64,000 bases of DNA, taken from a virus. Shown here one piece after another: positions 10,918 through 21,127 of the stretch (position 1 is its first letter; every line of letters begins with the position of its first letter). Location of the stretch: positions 27,953 to 91,952 of IMG/VR virus record IMGVR_UViG_3300034101_003795, one strand, 5' to 3'. A program made the translations under genes and the position numbers. Under the pieces are notes generated by a model. It ran no database searches and was not told the DNA's origin. It saw nothing but the letters and a program-made list of their open reading frames with translations.

Positions 10918-11715
10918 TTAATTATCCTCTATTGTTATTAGTCTATTATCTATGTCAGGAAATTTATTTTCTATTTCCTTGATAGTATCCTTTAATTTGT
11001 CCCAAATAATTTTTGCACGAGTTGGAGAAAAGTCCCTCAACTGTTTTATTCTAATCAAGACTGAGCCTTTTCCAAGAAGAAGTCCTGTTTTTTTATTATC
11101 GTACTTGATATTCCTATTAAGGGTATCTGCTCCCCAAACTGGTTCAAAATGAGATGGACCATCCACCTCTATTGCGGTATTAAGCTTGGGAATAAAGATA
11201 TCTATTTGTAGTTTAGTATTTGATAATATTTGTTCTTTATGAAAATCAACTCTATAACCAGCTTTGATTAATTCAGATAGTAGGTATTTTTCTAGTTTAG
11301 AACCATGTTTACTAGTATCTCTAACAGCCTTTATTGCTGAATTTATCATATTTTGCTGTTCTTCTTTAGACAAACTATTCCACTGATCTCTAGACTTTTG
11401 TCTTCTATCTTCAAGTTCTTGTGGTGTTAGATTTTCCCAAGAATTAATCAGACCTTTTCCTATTTTTTCTTTTGTCTCGTCAGAGCGTAAGGTTCCTTTC
11501 GTGGGGTGCTTGTGAGACCCTGTAGTTAAAGCATTTTTCTGTGCTTGACTTTTATCACGAATAGGTATTTTAAATTTGATAGCGTCTCTTCTGATCTTAT
11601 TAGCATAGGTTTGTAGATCCTCAGCTATCTGCTGAAAAGACTTATTTTGTTTATGATAATAATTGTTTACTATTATTTTTTTTTCATTATCTGTCATATC
11701 GTCATATTTTTTCAT
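10918..11715 (-). CDS. free-standing endonuclease (NUMOD3-like motif + DUF559/Vsr-like PD-(D/E)XK domain)
   Basis: KGTLRSDETKEKIG (NUMOD3-like); SKLEKYL...IDIFIPKLNTAIEVDGPSH. Confidence 0.7.
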   Translation of the reverse strand: MKKYDDMTDNEKKIIVNNYYHKQNKSFQQIAEDLQTYANKIRRDAIKFKIPIRDKSQAQKNALTTGSHKHPTKGTLRSDETKEKIGKGLINSWENLTPQELEDRRQKSRDQWNSLSKEEQQNMINSAIKAVRDTSKHGSKLEKYLLSELIKAGYRVDFHKEQILSNTKLQIDIFIPKLNTAIEVDGPSHFEPVWGADTLNRNIKYDNKKTGLLLGKGSVLIRIKQLRDFSPTRAKIIWDKLKDTIKEIENKFPDIDNRLITIEDN

Positions 11716-12086
11716 ACAATTTCCTTAACAGAAGATATCTTTGTAACTCCAGCATTTGCCATTTTTTCTGTAAAGTCTGAAGCCATACAATAGTATTTAT
11801 TATTACTAAAATGATTAGTCAGCCACAAATCATTGTCATTAGATATAATAATATTATTAAATTTTGATCCTATATATAATGTATTTAATATAGGAAGATA
11901 AATATTTTGGTTTAAAAGATTAGCGTCTGTGAATATATTATATGTATAATTAATTAGATTTTCTTTTTGAGATAATATTTCATTAATTTCTATAAAAGCT
12001 TTATTTGAGAATATTTTATTATCAGTTTCTTCTGTGAATATTCCGATACTAGTTGGGGTTTTTTTTGATAAATTTTGATATTCCAT
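11712..12086 (-). CDS. hypothetical protein
   Basis: ORF overlapping both neighbours, genome-like composition. Confidence 0.55.
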   Translation of the reverse strand: MEYQNLSKKTPTSIGIFTEETDNKIFSNKAFIEINEILSQKENLINYTYNIFTDANLLNQNIYLPILNTLYIGSKFNNIIISNDNDLWLTNHFSNNKYYCMASDFTEKMANAGVTKISSVKEIV

Positions 12087-12717
12087 TTTTTTGTCTCGTA
12101 TTGTTAAAGTAAATAAAATCTTTTAAAGATACTTGTTGTTTATTAAAAATAGAATTATTTTCTATTAGTTTATTAATAATCTCAAAATATAATAAGTTTT
12201 TCCTTTTAAAAAAATCTTCATTTTTTATTATTTTGGTTTCTTGTTCTTTCAGATAGAATATGTTACAAAACTTATCTTCAGGAAGATCAAGATACATATG
12301 TTCGATCTTATCATCATCGCAAATGCATCCAACGTCAAGATCTCTATTGTCTTTCATAGTAACTATTTTTGATGTTTTAGCATTTTCTAATTTTGTTAAA
12401 ATCTCTGGATTAAACATGCACCCATAATCTATAAAACAAATGCCTTGATCTTTTGAGTTTATGCATCCTGTATATATTGGATTAAAATTATCTATTTCAA
12501 CAACTAGTGCTTCATTATTAAAAGTTTTATATATTTTCTGATAATCAAAATCACAAACTATAACTATCTCATGTTTTAGTTTTGTTGCCTTTTTAATCCA
12601 TGCTATTTGATGTTCTAATAATTTTTTATTTTGAAACACCATTAATCCTTTTGATCCAAGAGATTTCATGCCTTTATCGGCATAACAAGCTAAGATCACA
12701 TATGTTATATTTTTCAT
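12049..12717 (-). CDS. degenerate sugar nucleotidyltransferase-like protein
   Basis: YVILACYADKGMKSLGSKGL...KKLLEHQI aligns to ILAAGxGxRM..PKxL but lacks the GxGxR glycines and arginine. Confidence 0.55.
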   Translation of the reverse strand: MKNITYVILACYADKGMKSLGSKGLMVFQNKKLLEHQIAWIKKATKLKHEIVIVCDFDYQKIYKTFNNEALVVEIDNFNPIYTGCINSKDQGICFIDYGCMFNPEILTKLENAKTSKIVTMKDNRDLDVGCICDDDKIEHMYLDLPEDKFCNIFYLKEQETKIIKNEDFFKRKNLLYFEIINKLIENNSIFNKQQVSLKDFIYFNNTRQKNGISKFIKKNPN

Positions 12718-13139
12718 TATTTTTCAGCTTTTACATAATATTGAATTCCGTTAATGAATTTTGTTTCCAATATACTAAAATTATTTAATCTTAAAAGATC
12801 AGTAACTCTTTCTAGACTTTTTATATGTTTTTTACCAGTGCTAAAGATCATATTATTGTACATTTCTATATCAATATGTTTATTCAATAATGATGAGCTG
12901 ATAGAAAAAATATCAATAGATTGTACTTCAAGAGTTGTCTTAGACAATATTTTATTATTAATTTTTTTAAGGATAGAATCAGCTTCTTGTAAAGATACGC
13001 TGTCTAATAAATCAAAGATAAAAAGATCTGATGAAATAGAATCGTCCTCTATATCATCTAGTTTTTTAATATCCATATAATCATATTTATCTTCTAGAAT
13101 ATCTACTTCTGAATGGTATAAAAATATTTTTTTGTTCAT
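12717..13139 (-). CDS. hypothetical protein, possible degenerate SAM-methyltransferase fold
   Basis: LDDIEDDSISSDLFIFDLLDSV...ILKKINNKIL pattern of Methyltransf_11-like cores; no GxGxG. Confidence 0.4.
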   Translation of the reverse strand: MNKKIFLYHSEVDILEDKYDYMDIKKLDDIEDDSISSDLFIFDLLDSVSLQEADSILKKINNKILSKTTLEVQSIDIFSISSSLLNKHIDIEMYNNMIFSTGKKHIKSLERVTDLLRLNNFSILETKFINGIQYYVKAEK

Positions 13140-13588
13140 GATAAAATTAATGATTTTCGTTTGAGATTATTGAGTTCTGATAACCACTTATCTGTAAGGC
13201 TTTTGTCGTTTGATCTATAAGGCAAAACCATATCTGCTATTTTATTCCAAGACTGATAAATTTCTTCTGAGGTGGCTATTTGTAAAACTGGACTAAAATT
13301 AAAGTTTTTATTTTCTATATTCATAGAGGGCTTAACATCATGATCTACTATGATTAATGGACAATGAAAGAATATCGCTGATTCTATACACTTGTCCAGA
13401 TACATTAGTCGATTATTGCATAATACAATATCAATATTATATCCACCAAAATAGGTATAGTCAAAATCTACTAAATTACACTTCAGCGTTTTCTGTAAAA
13501 AATTTTTAAACATTATACTATCACAGTTTGTCCATAGTATATTTATTTCTTTTGATAGTTCTTTATGTATTATTGATGATATTGTCAT
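13136..13588 (-). CDS. hypothetical protein (GT-like fragment)
   Basis: IDIVLCNNR...HCPLIIVDH resembles GT-B N-domain strands; ATGA-coupled. Confidence 0.45.
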   Translation of the reverse strand: MTISSIIHKELSKEINILWTNCDSIMFKNFLQKTLKCNLVDFDYTYFGGYNIDIVLCNNRLMYLDKCIESAIFFHCPLIIVDHDVKPSMNIENKNFNFSPVLQIATSEEIYQSWNKIADMVLPYRSNDKSLTDKWLSELNNLKRKSLILS

Positions 13589-14688
13589 AGTATATTTTCT
13601 AGTAATTCTGATATTGCTTTCATGCTGAAATATTGAATTTTTTTATCTTGTGCTTTAATTCTATCTCTTTTTTGAATATCAGATTCTAGTAGTGCTTTTT
13701 CCATAGTATTTATTAAATCGTTTAGTATTGGCTTTGACCATATTTGTCTTATTGTATTGTACATGAAGAATATTTTATTATTATCTAAACAATTTGTATA
13801 CTCACTATCAACAATAAGGCCACAATTATCTTCAATAATCTCAGATTGTGCAGTATCGTTCAAGGCTATAATATTGTTATTAAATACCATAGCTTCTAAT
13901 ATGGAACAAGAAAAACTTTTACCAGAAGATATATCTATTAAGCAGTCGCAATTGTTATGCATTGCTAAGACCTTAGAATAGTCTGTCTCTCCATTAATAA
14001 TTGTTGGTAATGTTCTAGAGTGATCTGCTGGAAATAGACTATAAATATTATTTATTATTTCTTTAAATGTGTTTTCACTAAAATTAGTTGATTGTTCAAT
14101 TTTTATTATGAGTTCTATATTTTGATATTTCGACGAGATAACAAGAAATGCTAATAGAATTGTTTCTATATTAGATTTAGATATAAAGTCATCTATAATA
14201 TAAAAACTATATTTATTATTAGATTTTTCAGGAAGAGCATTCTTGAAACTATCAATTTCAACTAAATCTATTGGAACAGGGACGGTATAAATTTTATTTT
14301 GATCTACGCCACAACCTATCAATGATCTTTTAGAAAATTCAGACGGTACAATAATAATATCCATCTGATTTATATAATTAAAATAATCTAGACCATAATT
14401 TAAACATTCTGGATTAACGATTGCTATATTTTTTTCAAATTTAGAATCATAACACAATTGATGAGGAAATGCGTGCTGTATAACAATATCATATTCGTCT
14501 TTTTTATTGTCCTCTAATTCCAATACGGAACTATTAATATTTGTTTGTGGATATGATTTTAATAAATTATAAAATGGTTTTACTGCAATATTATTTTTAG
14601 TTAAACTTAATGACTGTATATATTTTCTAGATATAATTCCAGTATCAGAAAATTCTCTATATGGACCTATATATAATATATCTTTCAT
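13585..14688 (-). CDS. GT4-family glycosyltransferase
   Basis: ILYIGPY...MDIIIVPSEFSK...VPVPID...SGKSFSCSILEAM (GT-B signature, first Glu replaced). Confidence 0.75.
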   Translation of the reverse strand: MKDILYIGPYREFSDTGIISRKYIQSLSLTKNNIAVKPFYNLLKSYPQTNINSSVLELEDNKKDEYDIVIQHAFPHQLCYDSKFEKNIAIVNPECLNYGLDYFNYINQMDIIIVPSEFSKRSLIGCGVDQNKIYTVPVPIDLVEIDSFKNALPEKSNNKYSFYIIDDFISKSNIETILLAFLVISSKYQNIELIIKIEQSTNFSENTFKEIINNIYSLFPADHSRTLPTIINGETDYSKVLAMHNNCDCLIDISSGKSFSCSILEAMVFNNNIIALNDTAQSEIIEDNCGLIVDSEYTNCLDNNKIFFMYNTIRQIWSKPILNDLINTMEKALLESDIQKRDRIKAQDKKIQYFSMKAISELLENIL

Positions 14689-14689
14689 C

Positions 14690-16288
14690 TTAATAATTTA
14701 AAAAGCTATCAGATAATTTAATTTCCCCAGACCTAACTTGTTCACAAAAAACTTTGTGATTAACATAGTTTTCAAGAATCTTGACGGCTTCTTGTCTAGT
14801 GAAGTTGGTTGGAGAAGCTATACTTAGATATCCTTCATATAATGCTCGTATCATATTTTGAATATAGTGTGTTCTTAATAAGGATTCTTCTTTTAGAATA
14901 TTAGTAACAATAAAATTAATAAATTGTCTATCAGAAAGATTATCTGGAACGTTTATAGATACATCGGTTTCTAATTTATCTTCCCATTTATTTTTTGGTT
15001 CCATCTTATCAAAAACAGACATCAATACTTCAGCCGTCTTATCCCAACTATAATTATCTAATAAAAGATTTCTGGTTTTTATAGATAGATTTTTCTTTTC
15101 TGGCTTAGACAATTCCATAAACTTTATTACTTCGGTTATGAAATGTTCATTATCTGGAGTAGCCCTGTCTGCTCCTGTTTCAAGTTCTTTACTAAGTAAA
15201 TAATTTAATTTAATACCATCAATTTTTGTAGTAATTTCTTCCATACCACTATAGTTTATAGAAAAAACAGGAACACCACAAGAAGCTGCCTCTAGTTGAG
15301 GTATACCTAAACCTTCACAGATAGCATATTGAACATAAATATCAAACAAATTATATACTTCGTTAAGTTGCTGATTAGATATACCATGCACAACATTAGG
15401 AATAACAGCAAACGTTGAAGGATCATCAAAACATTTTATTTTTGGCCCTTTATATGTTGATACGTATAACTTTTTAGGACCAGGAGCATAATATGAGAAT
15501 AGCACGTTATTTTCAACACCAAATTCCTGTAAGAGTTCTGGTATATTCCAGCCGTGTGTTTCAGGAAAAGAGGTGTGTAGATATAGATATATTGATGGAT
15601 TATTAGTTCTATCTATTATATTTCTTAAAGACTTAAATAATTCTGGTATAAGTTTTCTTTTTTGGTTTCTCATAACAGACCCAATAATAAAAGCGTCTGG
15701 AGACAGACCAAATTTTGTTCTGTGATAAGATTTGGTATAATTAACCGGCTTAAAAACTTTGGAATCGACAGAATCAGATACAGATGGGCCAACATTTATA
15801 TTTCTATTTAATGATTTTAGATAATCACCAGCCCAATCAGTATGTGTTAGAACCATATCTGCATTTTCAAACGTTTTCAACCACTCTGGTTTTTGTGGGA
15901 CAGAATCTACTGTTGGTGCAATTACCCAATTAAAATATTTTCTTAGTGGTGAGATCTCTTGATATGCAAACATCCAATAATCTCTAATATCAAAAACTAT
16001 ATCAGGTTTAAAATGAAGAACTGTTTTTTCAAATCTCCATTGACCAAATTGATTTGTTGGATTAGATCTATAATATTCTAATTCTTTTTCATTATTTCCT
16101 GCTGGCTCATTTGGATAAACTTTCCACGGCACCTTTTTTTCTCTATCTTCCTTATAATAAGAAGAAAGCTCGGCAACTTCATAATTAGGATTTTTGTAAA
16201 GTCTAGACATAATCTCATATGTATATCTACCAAATCCAGAGTTTACATCGTGAGCTTCTGCACACATTAATATTCTTTTTTTTGTCAT
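14690..16288 (-). CDS. GT4-family glycosyltransferase
   Basis: SGFGRY, VMRNQKRK, EGLGIPQLEAASCGVP (EX7E motif). Confidence 0.85.
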   Translation of the reverse strand: MTKKRILMCAEAHDVNSGFGRYTYEIMSRLYKNPNYEVAELSSYYKEDREKKVPWKVYPNEPAGNNEKELEYYRSNPTNQFGQWRFEKTVLHFKPDIVFDIRDYWMFAYQEISPLRKYFNWVIAPTVDSVPQKPEWLKTFENADMVLTHTDWAGDYLKSLNRNINVGPSVSDSVDSKVFKPVNYTKSYHRTKFGLSPDAFIIGSVMRNQKRKLIPELFKSLRNIIDRTNNPSIYLYLHTSFPETHGWNIPELLQEFGVENNVLFSYYAPGPKKLYVSTYKGPKIKCFDDPSTFAVIPNVVHGISNQQLNEVYNLFDIYVQYAICEGLGIPQLEAASCGVPVFSINYSGMEEITTKIDGIKLNYLLSKELETGADRATPDNEHFITEVIKFMELSKPEKKNLSIKTRNLLLDNYSWDKTAEVLMSVFDKMEPKNKWEDKLETDVSINVPDNLSDRQFINFIVTNILKEESLLRTHYIQNMIRALYEGYLSIASPTNFTRQEAVKILENYVNHKVFCEQVRSGEIKLSDSFLNY

Positions 16289-16324
16289 AATTCTTCTTAT
16301 TTATATAGGATGATGAAAAGATAA

Positions 16325-16350
16325 TAAAAAGGGGGCATGTTTGTGCCCCC
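16325..16350 (-). terminator. Rho-independent terminator after ssb
   Basis: Minus strand GGGGGCA-CAAACA-TGCCCCC followed by TTTTT. Confidence 0.85.
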
Positions 16351-16367
16351 AATTTATTAAACTTGAA

Positions 16368-16730
16368 TTAGAATGATACGGCTTCTTCCACTTCCTTCTT
16401 TTTAATTCTTGTAACCTTTGAAAAGTTATTTACTCTGACCTTGAGAGTTGAGTGCTTTACGCCATCCTTCTCCCAATTATCATTTCTCAAACTTCCTTCT
16501 ACCATTACAAGATCGCCCTTTTTAAAAGATGATCCAATAATTTCAGCACCGCTATCCCAAGCCTCGCACTGAATATATGAAACAATCTTATCCTTTGTCC
16601 CATTAGCTCTAGTAAATTCCTTAGATACGGCAATAGTGAAAGAAACAACAGAAGTTTGCTTTTCTCCGCTATTCACTACTCGTAGTTCTGGATCCCTAGT
16701 AAGATTTCCCTTTAGTAAAATAATATTCAT
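16368..16730 (-). CDS. ssb: single-stranded DNA-binding protein
   Basis: LKGNLTRDPELR...CEAW...KGDLVMVEGSLRNDNWEKDG; acidic tail ending in F. Confidence 0.95.
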   Translation of the reverse strand: MNIILLKGNLTRDPELRVVNSGEKQTSVVSFTIAVSKEFTRANGTKDKIVSYIQCEAWDSGAEIIGSSFKKGDLVMVEGSLRNDNWEKDGVKHSTLKVRVNNFSKVTRIKKKEVEEAVSF

Positions 16731-16774
16731 CTAAATCTCCTTAAGAGTATACAAAATATAAACACAACACTTAT

Positions 16775-16802
16775 ATTATATTGAAACCATCCAGAATGTC
16801 AA
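16775..16802 (-). promoter_or_regulatory. sigma70-type promoter for ssb
   Basis: TTGACA-N16-TATAAT. Confidence 0.8.
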
Positions 16803-16803
16803 G

Positions 16804-18408
16804 TCAAACCGTAAAGCATTTTTTAACGATTGGTGTATTGTTTTGTCCACCCTTTTGACCATTAAACATCAACACCCTACCCTCTTGTAAAAGATCCTTA
16901 TTGTTGAGGTAATCTTCTGGAAATAATACTACAGAATCAACACTGCCATTAGAATCAGACAGTCTCAAAAAACACATTTCTTGTCCAGGATTCTTACCTC
17001 TCTTAGTAACTATAACACTCATACTATCTATTTCTGCAATCATAAAAAATTGTTTGCTATTTGGAAAATTCTTAATATCTTTACAGTCTGTATTGGCGTA
17101 TGAAGAATCATAGAAATCAGTCTTAGCAAAACTTATAGACGCCCCAAGCAAATCTCTTTCATTATTTGATATCCATTCAGGATCATCCTCAATAGAATAC
17201 GGTGGATTATTAATCTGATTAATCATACTAATAATTTTTGGTTGTCTATTTTTTAGAATCTTCTCCCTAGAAAGCAAATTCTTTAAAATTTCAGAGGTTG
17301 TAGATATTTTTTTATCTGAAGAAATATTTTTACATTTTTCTGTTTCTCTAGCTGTTAAATTAATAATCATATTAAAGTCTAATAGCATTTTATTTCTTGA
17401 TAACTTGTAATGATCTAAAGCACCAGATAAAATTAATGATTTGGCAGATGCCGAGTTGATATTTGCCAAAACAGAAAATAATATTTGGGTCCATGTCATT
17501 TCTTTAATATCACACTTATTGATATGATCTAACAGCTTATTATATACTGATTCTCCAAGACCTTTTATATTTGTCAATCCAAAATAAATTTTATTATTAA
17601 TAATTTCAAATTCTTTATTTTTCATTAATAAACTTGGTCCAAAAACACTAATATCCATATCTTTAGCATTACTTATTAAGTCCAATATCTCTTGTTGAGG
17701 ATCTATCTTGTCTTTGGCCAGTCTTAAATAAGACAAAAAGAATATTCGTGGAAAGTGTGCTTTCGCATATGCTGATATGTATCCGTTAATAGCATAACTA
17801 ACAGCATGACTTTTATTAAAAGAGTATCTCTGAGATTTTTCAATCCAGCTAAAAATTTGTTCAGATTCGTCTCTATTGACTTTTCCAACAGCAAGGCAAC
17901 CATCAATAAATTTAATTTTAATTTTTGCCATTTCTTCTGGCTTTTTCTTACCGATAGCTTTTCTTAGCATATCAGCTTCTTGAAGATTAAAACCGGCTAT
18001 ATCTTTGGCTATTTGCATAGCTTGTTCTTGATATACCATTTCTCCATAAGTATTTTTAAGGATTGGTTCTAATGATTCATGAAAATAATCAACAGATTCT
18101 AAACCATTTTTCTTATCTATATAATGATAAGATACGCTTTTACCGTCTCTAATAGCTTCTAAACATCCTGGCCTAAGAATAGATATTAGCGCCGATAGTT
18201 CTTCTATGTTTGATGGCTTGAGTTTTTTACTCATAGACTGTCCCAGTCTACTTTCTAATTGAAAACAACCTTTAGTGTTTCCATCAGAAATAAGCTCCCA
18301 AGTTTTTGGACAATCTAAATTAATCTTTGTTATATCAAAATCAATTGATGTTTTATTATCAATATCTTTGGTATTAAAAGAACAACCACACTCAAATTGA
18401 ATCGTCAT
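16804..18408 (-). CDS. dnaE: DNA polymerase III alpha, C-terminal half (fingers, HhH, OB)
   Basis: GCFQLES, LRPG, TYGEMVYQEQAM, LRKAIGKK, YSFNKSHA, GLTNIKGLG; start refined to MTIQFEC at 18408. Confidence 0.92.
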   Translation of the reverse strand: MTIQFECGCSFNTKDIDNKTSIDFDITKINLDCPKTWELISDGNTKGCFQLESRLGQSMSKKLKPSNIEELSALISILRPGCLEAIRDGKSVSYHYIDKKNGLESVDYFHESLEPILKNTYGEMVYQEQAMQIAKDIAGFNLQEADMLRKAIGKKKPEEMAKIKIKFIDGCLAVGKVNRDESEQIFSWIEKSQRYSFNKSHAVSYAINGYISAYAKAHFPRIFFLSYLRLAKDKIDPQQEILDLISNAKDMDISVFGPSLLMKNKEFEIINNKIYFGLTNIKGLGESVYNKLLDHINKCDIKEMTWTQILFSVLANINSASAKSLILSGALDHYKLSRNKMLLDFNMIINLTARETEKCKNISSDKKISTTSEILKNLLSREKILKNRQPKIISMINQINNPPYSIEDDPEWISNNERDLLGASISFAKTDFYDSSYANTDCKDIKNFPNSKQFFMIAEIDSMSVIVTKRGKNPGQEMCFLRLSDSNGSVDSVVLFPEDYLNNKDLLQEGRVLMFNGQKGGQNNTPIVKKCFTV

Positions 18409-19093
18409 TGAAAAAAGAATCCTTAAAAACAATTTTTGGAACAAGTCTTCTGTGTAACTTCATAAATCTAATCAAAATCTTAGCACAATCCTGAACATCT
18501 TTTAGTGCGTCGTGAGCACCCTCTTTTGATATTCCTAAATAATCTCTCATAGAATCTAAGGAATAACTTTTTAGACCTTGGCTTTCAAACCAATAAAAGA
18601 CTAAATTCATTATATCTAGAACGTCTCTCGGATAAAAAACAGTAGATGTTTTTTCTTTGTTATCGACATTCTTATATTTTTCACTAAGTCTTTGTATAAT
18701 TTTTAAATCAAATCTATTTATATTATATCCTGCTGCTATTGGGGCGGAGAACATACTCTTTTTCTTTCCTCCAAAGCAATGATATTTCTCTAAATATGAG
18801 ACAAAAGAATTCCATGTTACTTCTTGTGAAGGATATTCTCGCCATTTTGCATAAATCTCATCCTGAGAACATCCCTTAACTTTAGCATGAAAATCTATAA
18901 TATCTGTTTCATATTTGTAATTTGCATCTGATTCCATAACTTCTGGCTTACAAAAACCATTAAATTCCGACCCCTCGACAATTTCTAGTTTTACAGGATC
19001 GACAATGATAGCAGAAATTTGAACCGGACTACAAACCAATGGATTTGATCCATCTGTTTCAAAATCAAAAACGCAAATTTTTTTGGTTAACAT
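18392..19093 (-). CDS. DEDDh 3'-5' exonuclease (DnaQ/epsilon-like)
   Basis: VFDFETDG, GYNINRFD, HDALKD. Confidence 0.9.
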   Translation of the reverse strand: MLTKKICVFDFETDGSNPLVCSPVQISAIIVDPVKLEIVEGSEFNGFCKPEVMESDANYKYETDIIDFHAKVKGCSQDEIYAKWREYPSQEVTWNSFVSYLEKYHCFGGKKKSMFSAPIAAGYNINRFDLKIIQRLSEKYKNVDNKEKTSTVFYPRDVLDIMNLVFYWFESQGLKSYSLDSMRDYLGISKEGAHDALKDVQDCAKILIRFMKLHRRLVPKIVFKDSFFNDDSI

Positions 19094-19263
19094 TATATTT
19101 TGTCAATTTCGTCTAAAGGGGCGAACACTTGGGTTTGTCCTGTGGTGACGGATTTTGCATTTTCTTTAATCTTACAACAAGAAATCCTAACCTCAGGAAT
19201 CTTTTCATACTCTTCATTATTTATTCTAAATTTTTCACCAACAGCTAATTCATGAAATTTCAT
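19093..19263 (-). CDS. small hypothetical protein (56 aa), absent from ORF track
   Basis: MKFHELAVGEKFRINNEEYEKIPEVRISCCKIKENAKSVTTGQTQVFAPLDEIDKI; fills the gap, TAATG overlap with the exonuclease. Confidence 0.7.
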   Translation of the reverse strand: MKFHELAVGEKFRINNEEYEKIPEVRISCCKIKENAKSVTTGQTQVFAPLDEIDKI

Positions 19264-21127
19264 CTTTAACACCTTTCTGTAAAAAGTCTGATATAAACAT
19301 TATTTTATCTAACATAGCAACGCCAAGAATATCAAATTTAACAACACCTATAGTCTCCAAATCTTCCATTTCCATACCAGCGATTCTGGTTTTGGTTTTT
19401 GAATCATAAACCATTGGACAAATAGTTGACAAATCCGAGTCTGCTATAACTACTCCTGCCGCGTGTTTGGATTGGTTGACTTTAGTGCCTTCTAATCTAA
19501 TAGCCTGTTCAAATCTTTTTGCAAGTGGTCCTTGTAATTCATTATTTTCGTCAATGAAGCACCAATCTTTGAGCTTGTCTGATTGATTCTCCAAAGCCCA
19601 TCGTATAATAGAAGCGTCTCCTGTTTCATCTTTCATTTCTTGCAATTCATCTGCAATCTTAGCTTCGTCAGGAATATTTTTGGTAATATTATTCATTTCC
19701 TCAAAGCTTACGTTTCCATAAACTCTAAGAACGTCCTTAATAGCTCCTCTACCCTTAATGGTATTAAAAGTGACCATTTGTGAAACTTGACTATCTCCAT
19801 ATTTATCTTTAATATAAGAAATAACGTTTTCTCTTTTATTAATAGGAACGTCAACATCAATATCTGGCATACTTACTCTATCTTTAGTATTTCTTCCAGA
19901 ATTATAGAATCTGTCAAAAATTAAACCATAATCTATAGGATTAATTCCAGTAATACCTATTAAGTAAGAAACTAAACAGCCAGCAGCACTACCTCTTCCT
20001 GGTCCCGGAAGCCACCCATTATTCTTAACATAGTTCACAATATCTTGAACAATTAAAAAGTAACTGGATAGTCCAGCCCCTTGTAAAATATCAAGCTCAT
20101 ATTTAATACGATCTATATATTGAGATTGACTATCTTTTGGTATAATATTTTGAATTTTATTTCTCCAACCATTTCGACACAACTGTCTTAAATATTCATC
20201 TGGAGATTCGCAATTAAAAGGAGGTAGTCTTGGTCTGCTGCCAATATCATATATATCACACATCGCAGATACTAACTGAGTGTTCTCTATCTCTTCTTCT
20301 GTATGTAATAGTGTCATTTCTTCCTGCGAAAGAATATGATAGTTGTCCGATGTGAAGAAACACCCCATGGGAACATCTAGTCCAGAATTAATCTTTCTGC
20401 TAATTTCTGGCATAGTTGTTTTTAAATTATTACATAATAATATTCTTTGATCAGAAGCGTCTTCTTTATTTGAATAGTGAGCATCTGGAGTACAAATTAT
20501 TTTAGTATTAGTTAATTTTCCCAATTCTCTAATAGTTTCGGTTAGTTGTTGTTGAATAGGAATATTATCTTTATCCATTAATTGAGATTCTAAAAAGAAA
20601 TTATCATTACCAAATATTTCTTTTAATTTAGATATAAGAGGTATCGCTATGTTTTTCCAGTCTGGATCTATAGTATTATTGACAATAATCTTGTCAGCAA
20701 TCAGGGATCCAAGATGGCCGCATATACCTATCATATTGCCGTCACAAAACCTTCCAAGGTTCTCTAGATCGATCCTGGGCTTGTGATAATAAAAGTCTGG
20801 CCTGTTGCACTCTGAAACTAAACGGATCAAATTGTGCCAGCCAGTTAGATTTTTGGCCAAAACAATAAAATGGCTCAATTCTTTGTTTGACTTGTCCTTA
20901 TAGGTCGCGTCATCAGATATGTAAAGTTCACAACCTAATATTGGCTTAATACCAGCTTTTGTCATTTCTCTATGAAACTTGATTGATCCAGCTATGTTGC
21001 CATGATCCGTCAAAGCACACGATGTTGCTCCAATTTCTAGACACCTATTGGCTATCTGAGACGGTTTTGATAGACCATCCAAAAGACTATACATTGAATG
21101 ACAATGTAATGGATTATATTTTTTCAT
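19250..21127 (-). CDS. dnaE: DNA polymerase III alpha, N-terminal half (PHP + palm/thumb)
   Basis: HCHSMYSLLDG, TDHG, GPGRGSAAG, MPDIDVD, KHAAGVVI, KFDILG. Confidence 0.95.
   Translation of the reverse strand: MKKYNPLHCHSMYSLLDGLSKPSQIANRCLEIGATSCALTDHGNIAGSIKFHREMTKAGIKPILGCELYISDDATYKDKSNKELSHFIVLAKNLTGWHNLIRLVSECNRPDFYYHKPRIDLENLGRFCDGNMIGICGHLGSLIADKIIVNNTIDPDWKNIAIPLISKLKEIFGNDNFFLESQLMDKDNIPIQQQLTETIRELGKLTNTKIICTPDAHYSNKEDASDQRILLCNNLKTTMPEISRKINSGLDVPMGCFFTSDNYHILSQEEMTLLHTEEEIENTQLVSAMCDIYDIGSRPRLPPFNCESPDEYLRQLCRNGWRNKIQNIIPKDSQSQYIDRIKYELDILQGAGLSSYFLIVQDIVNYVKNNGWLPGPGRGSAAGCLVSYLIGITGINPIDYGLIFDRFYNSGRNTKDRVSMPDIDVDVPINKRENVISYIKDKYGDSQVSQMVTFNTIKGRGAIKDVLRVYGNVSFEEMNNITKNIPDEAKIADELQEMKDETGDASIIRWALENQSDKLKDWCFIDENNELQGPLAKRFEQAIRLEGTKVNQSKHAAGVVIADSDLSTICPMVYDSKTKTRIAGMEMEDLETIGVVKFDILGVAMLDKIMFISDFLQKGVKDEIS

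Noticed and set aside
18392-19263. Split intein or intron in dnaE
   Set aside because: No intein N-terminal C/S block or HN-C/S/T end, no intron-like non-coding space; the gap is filled by two coupled genes
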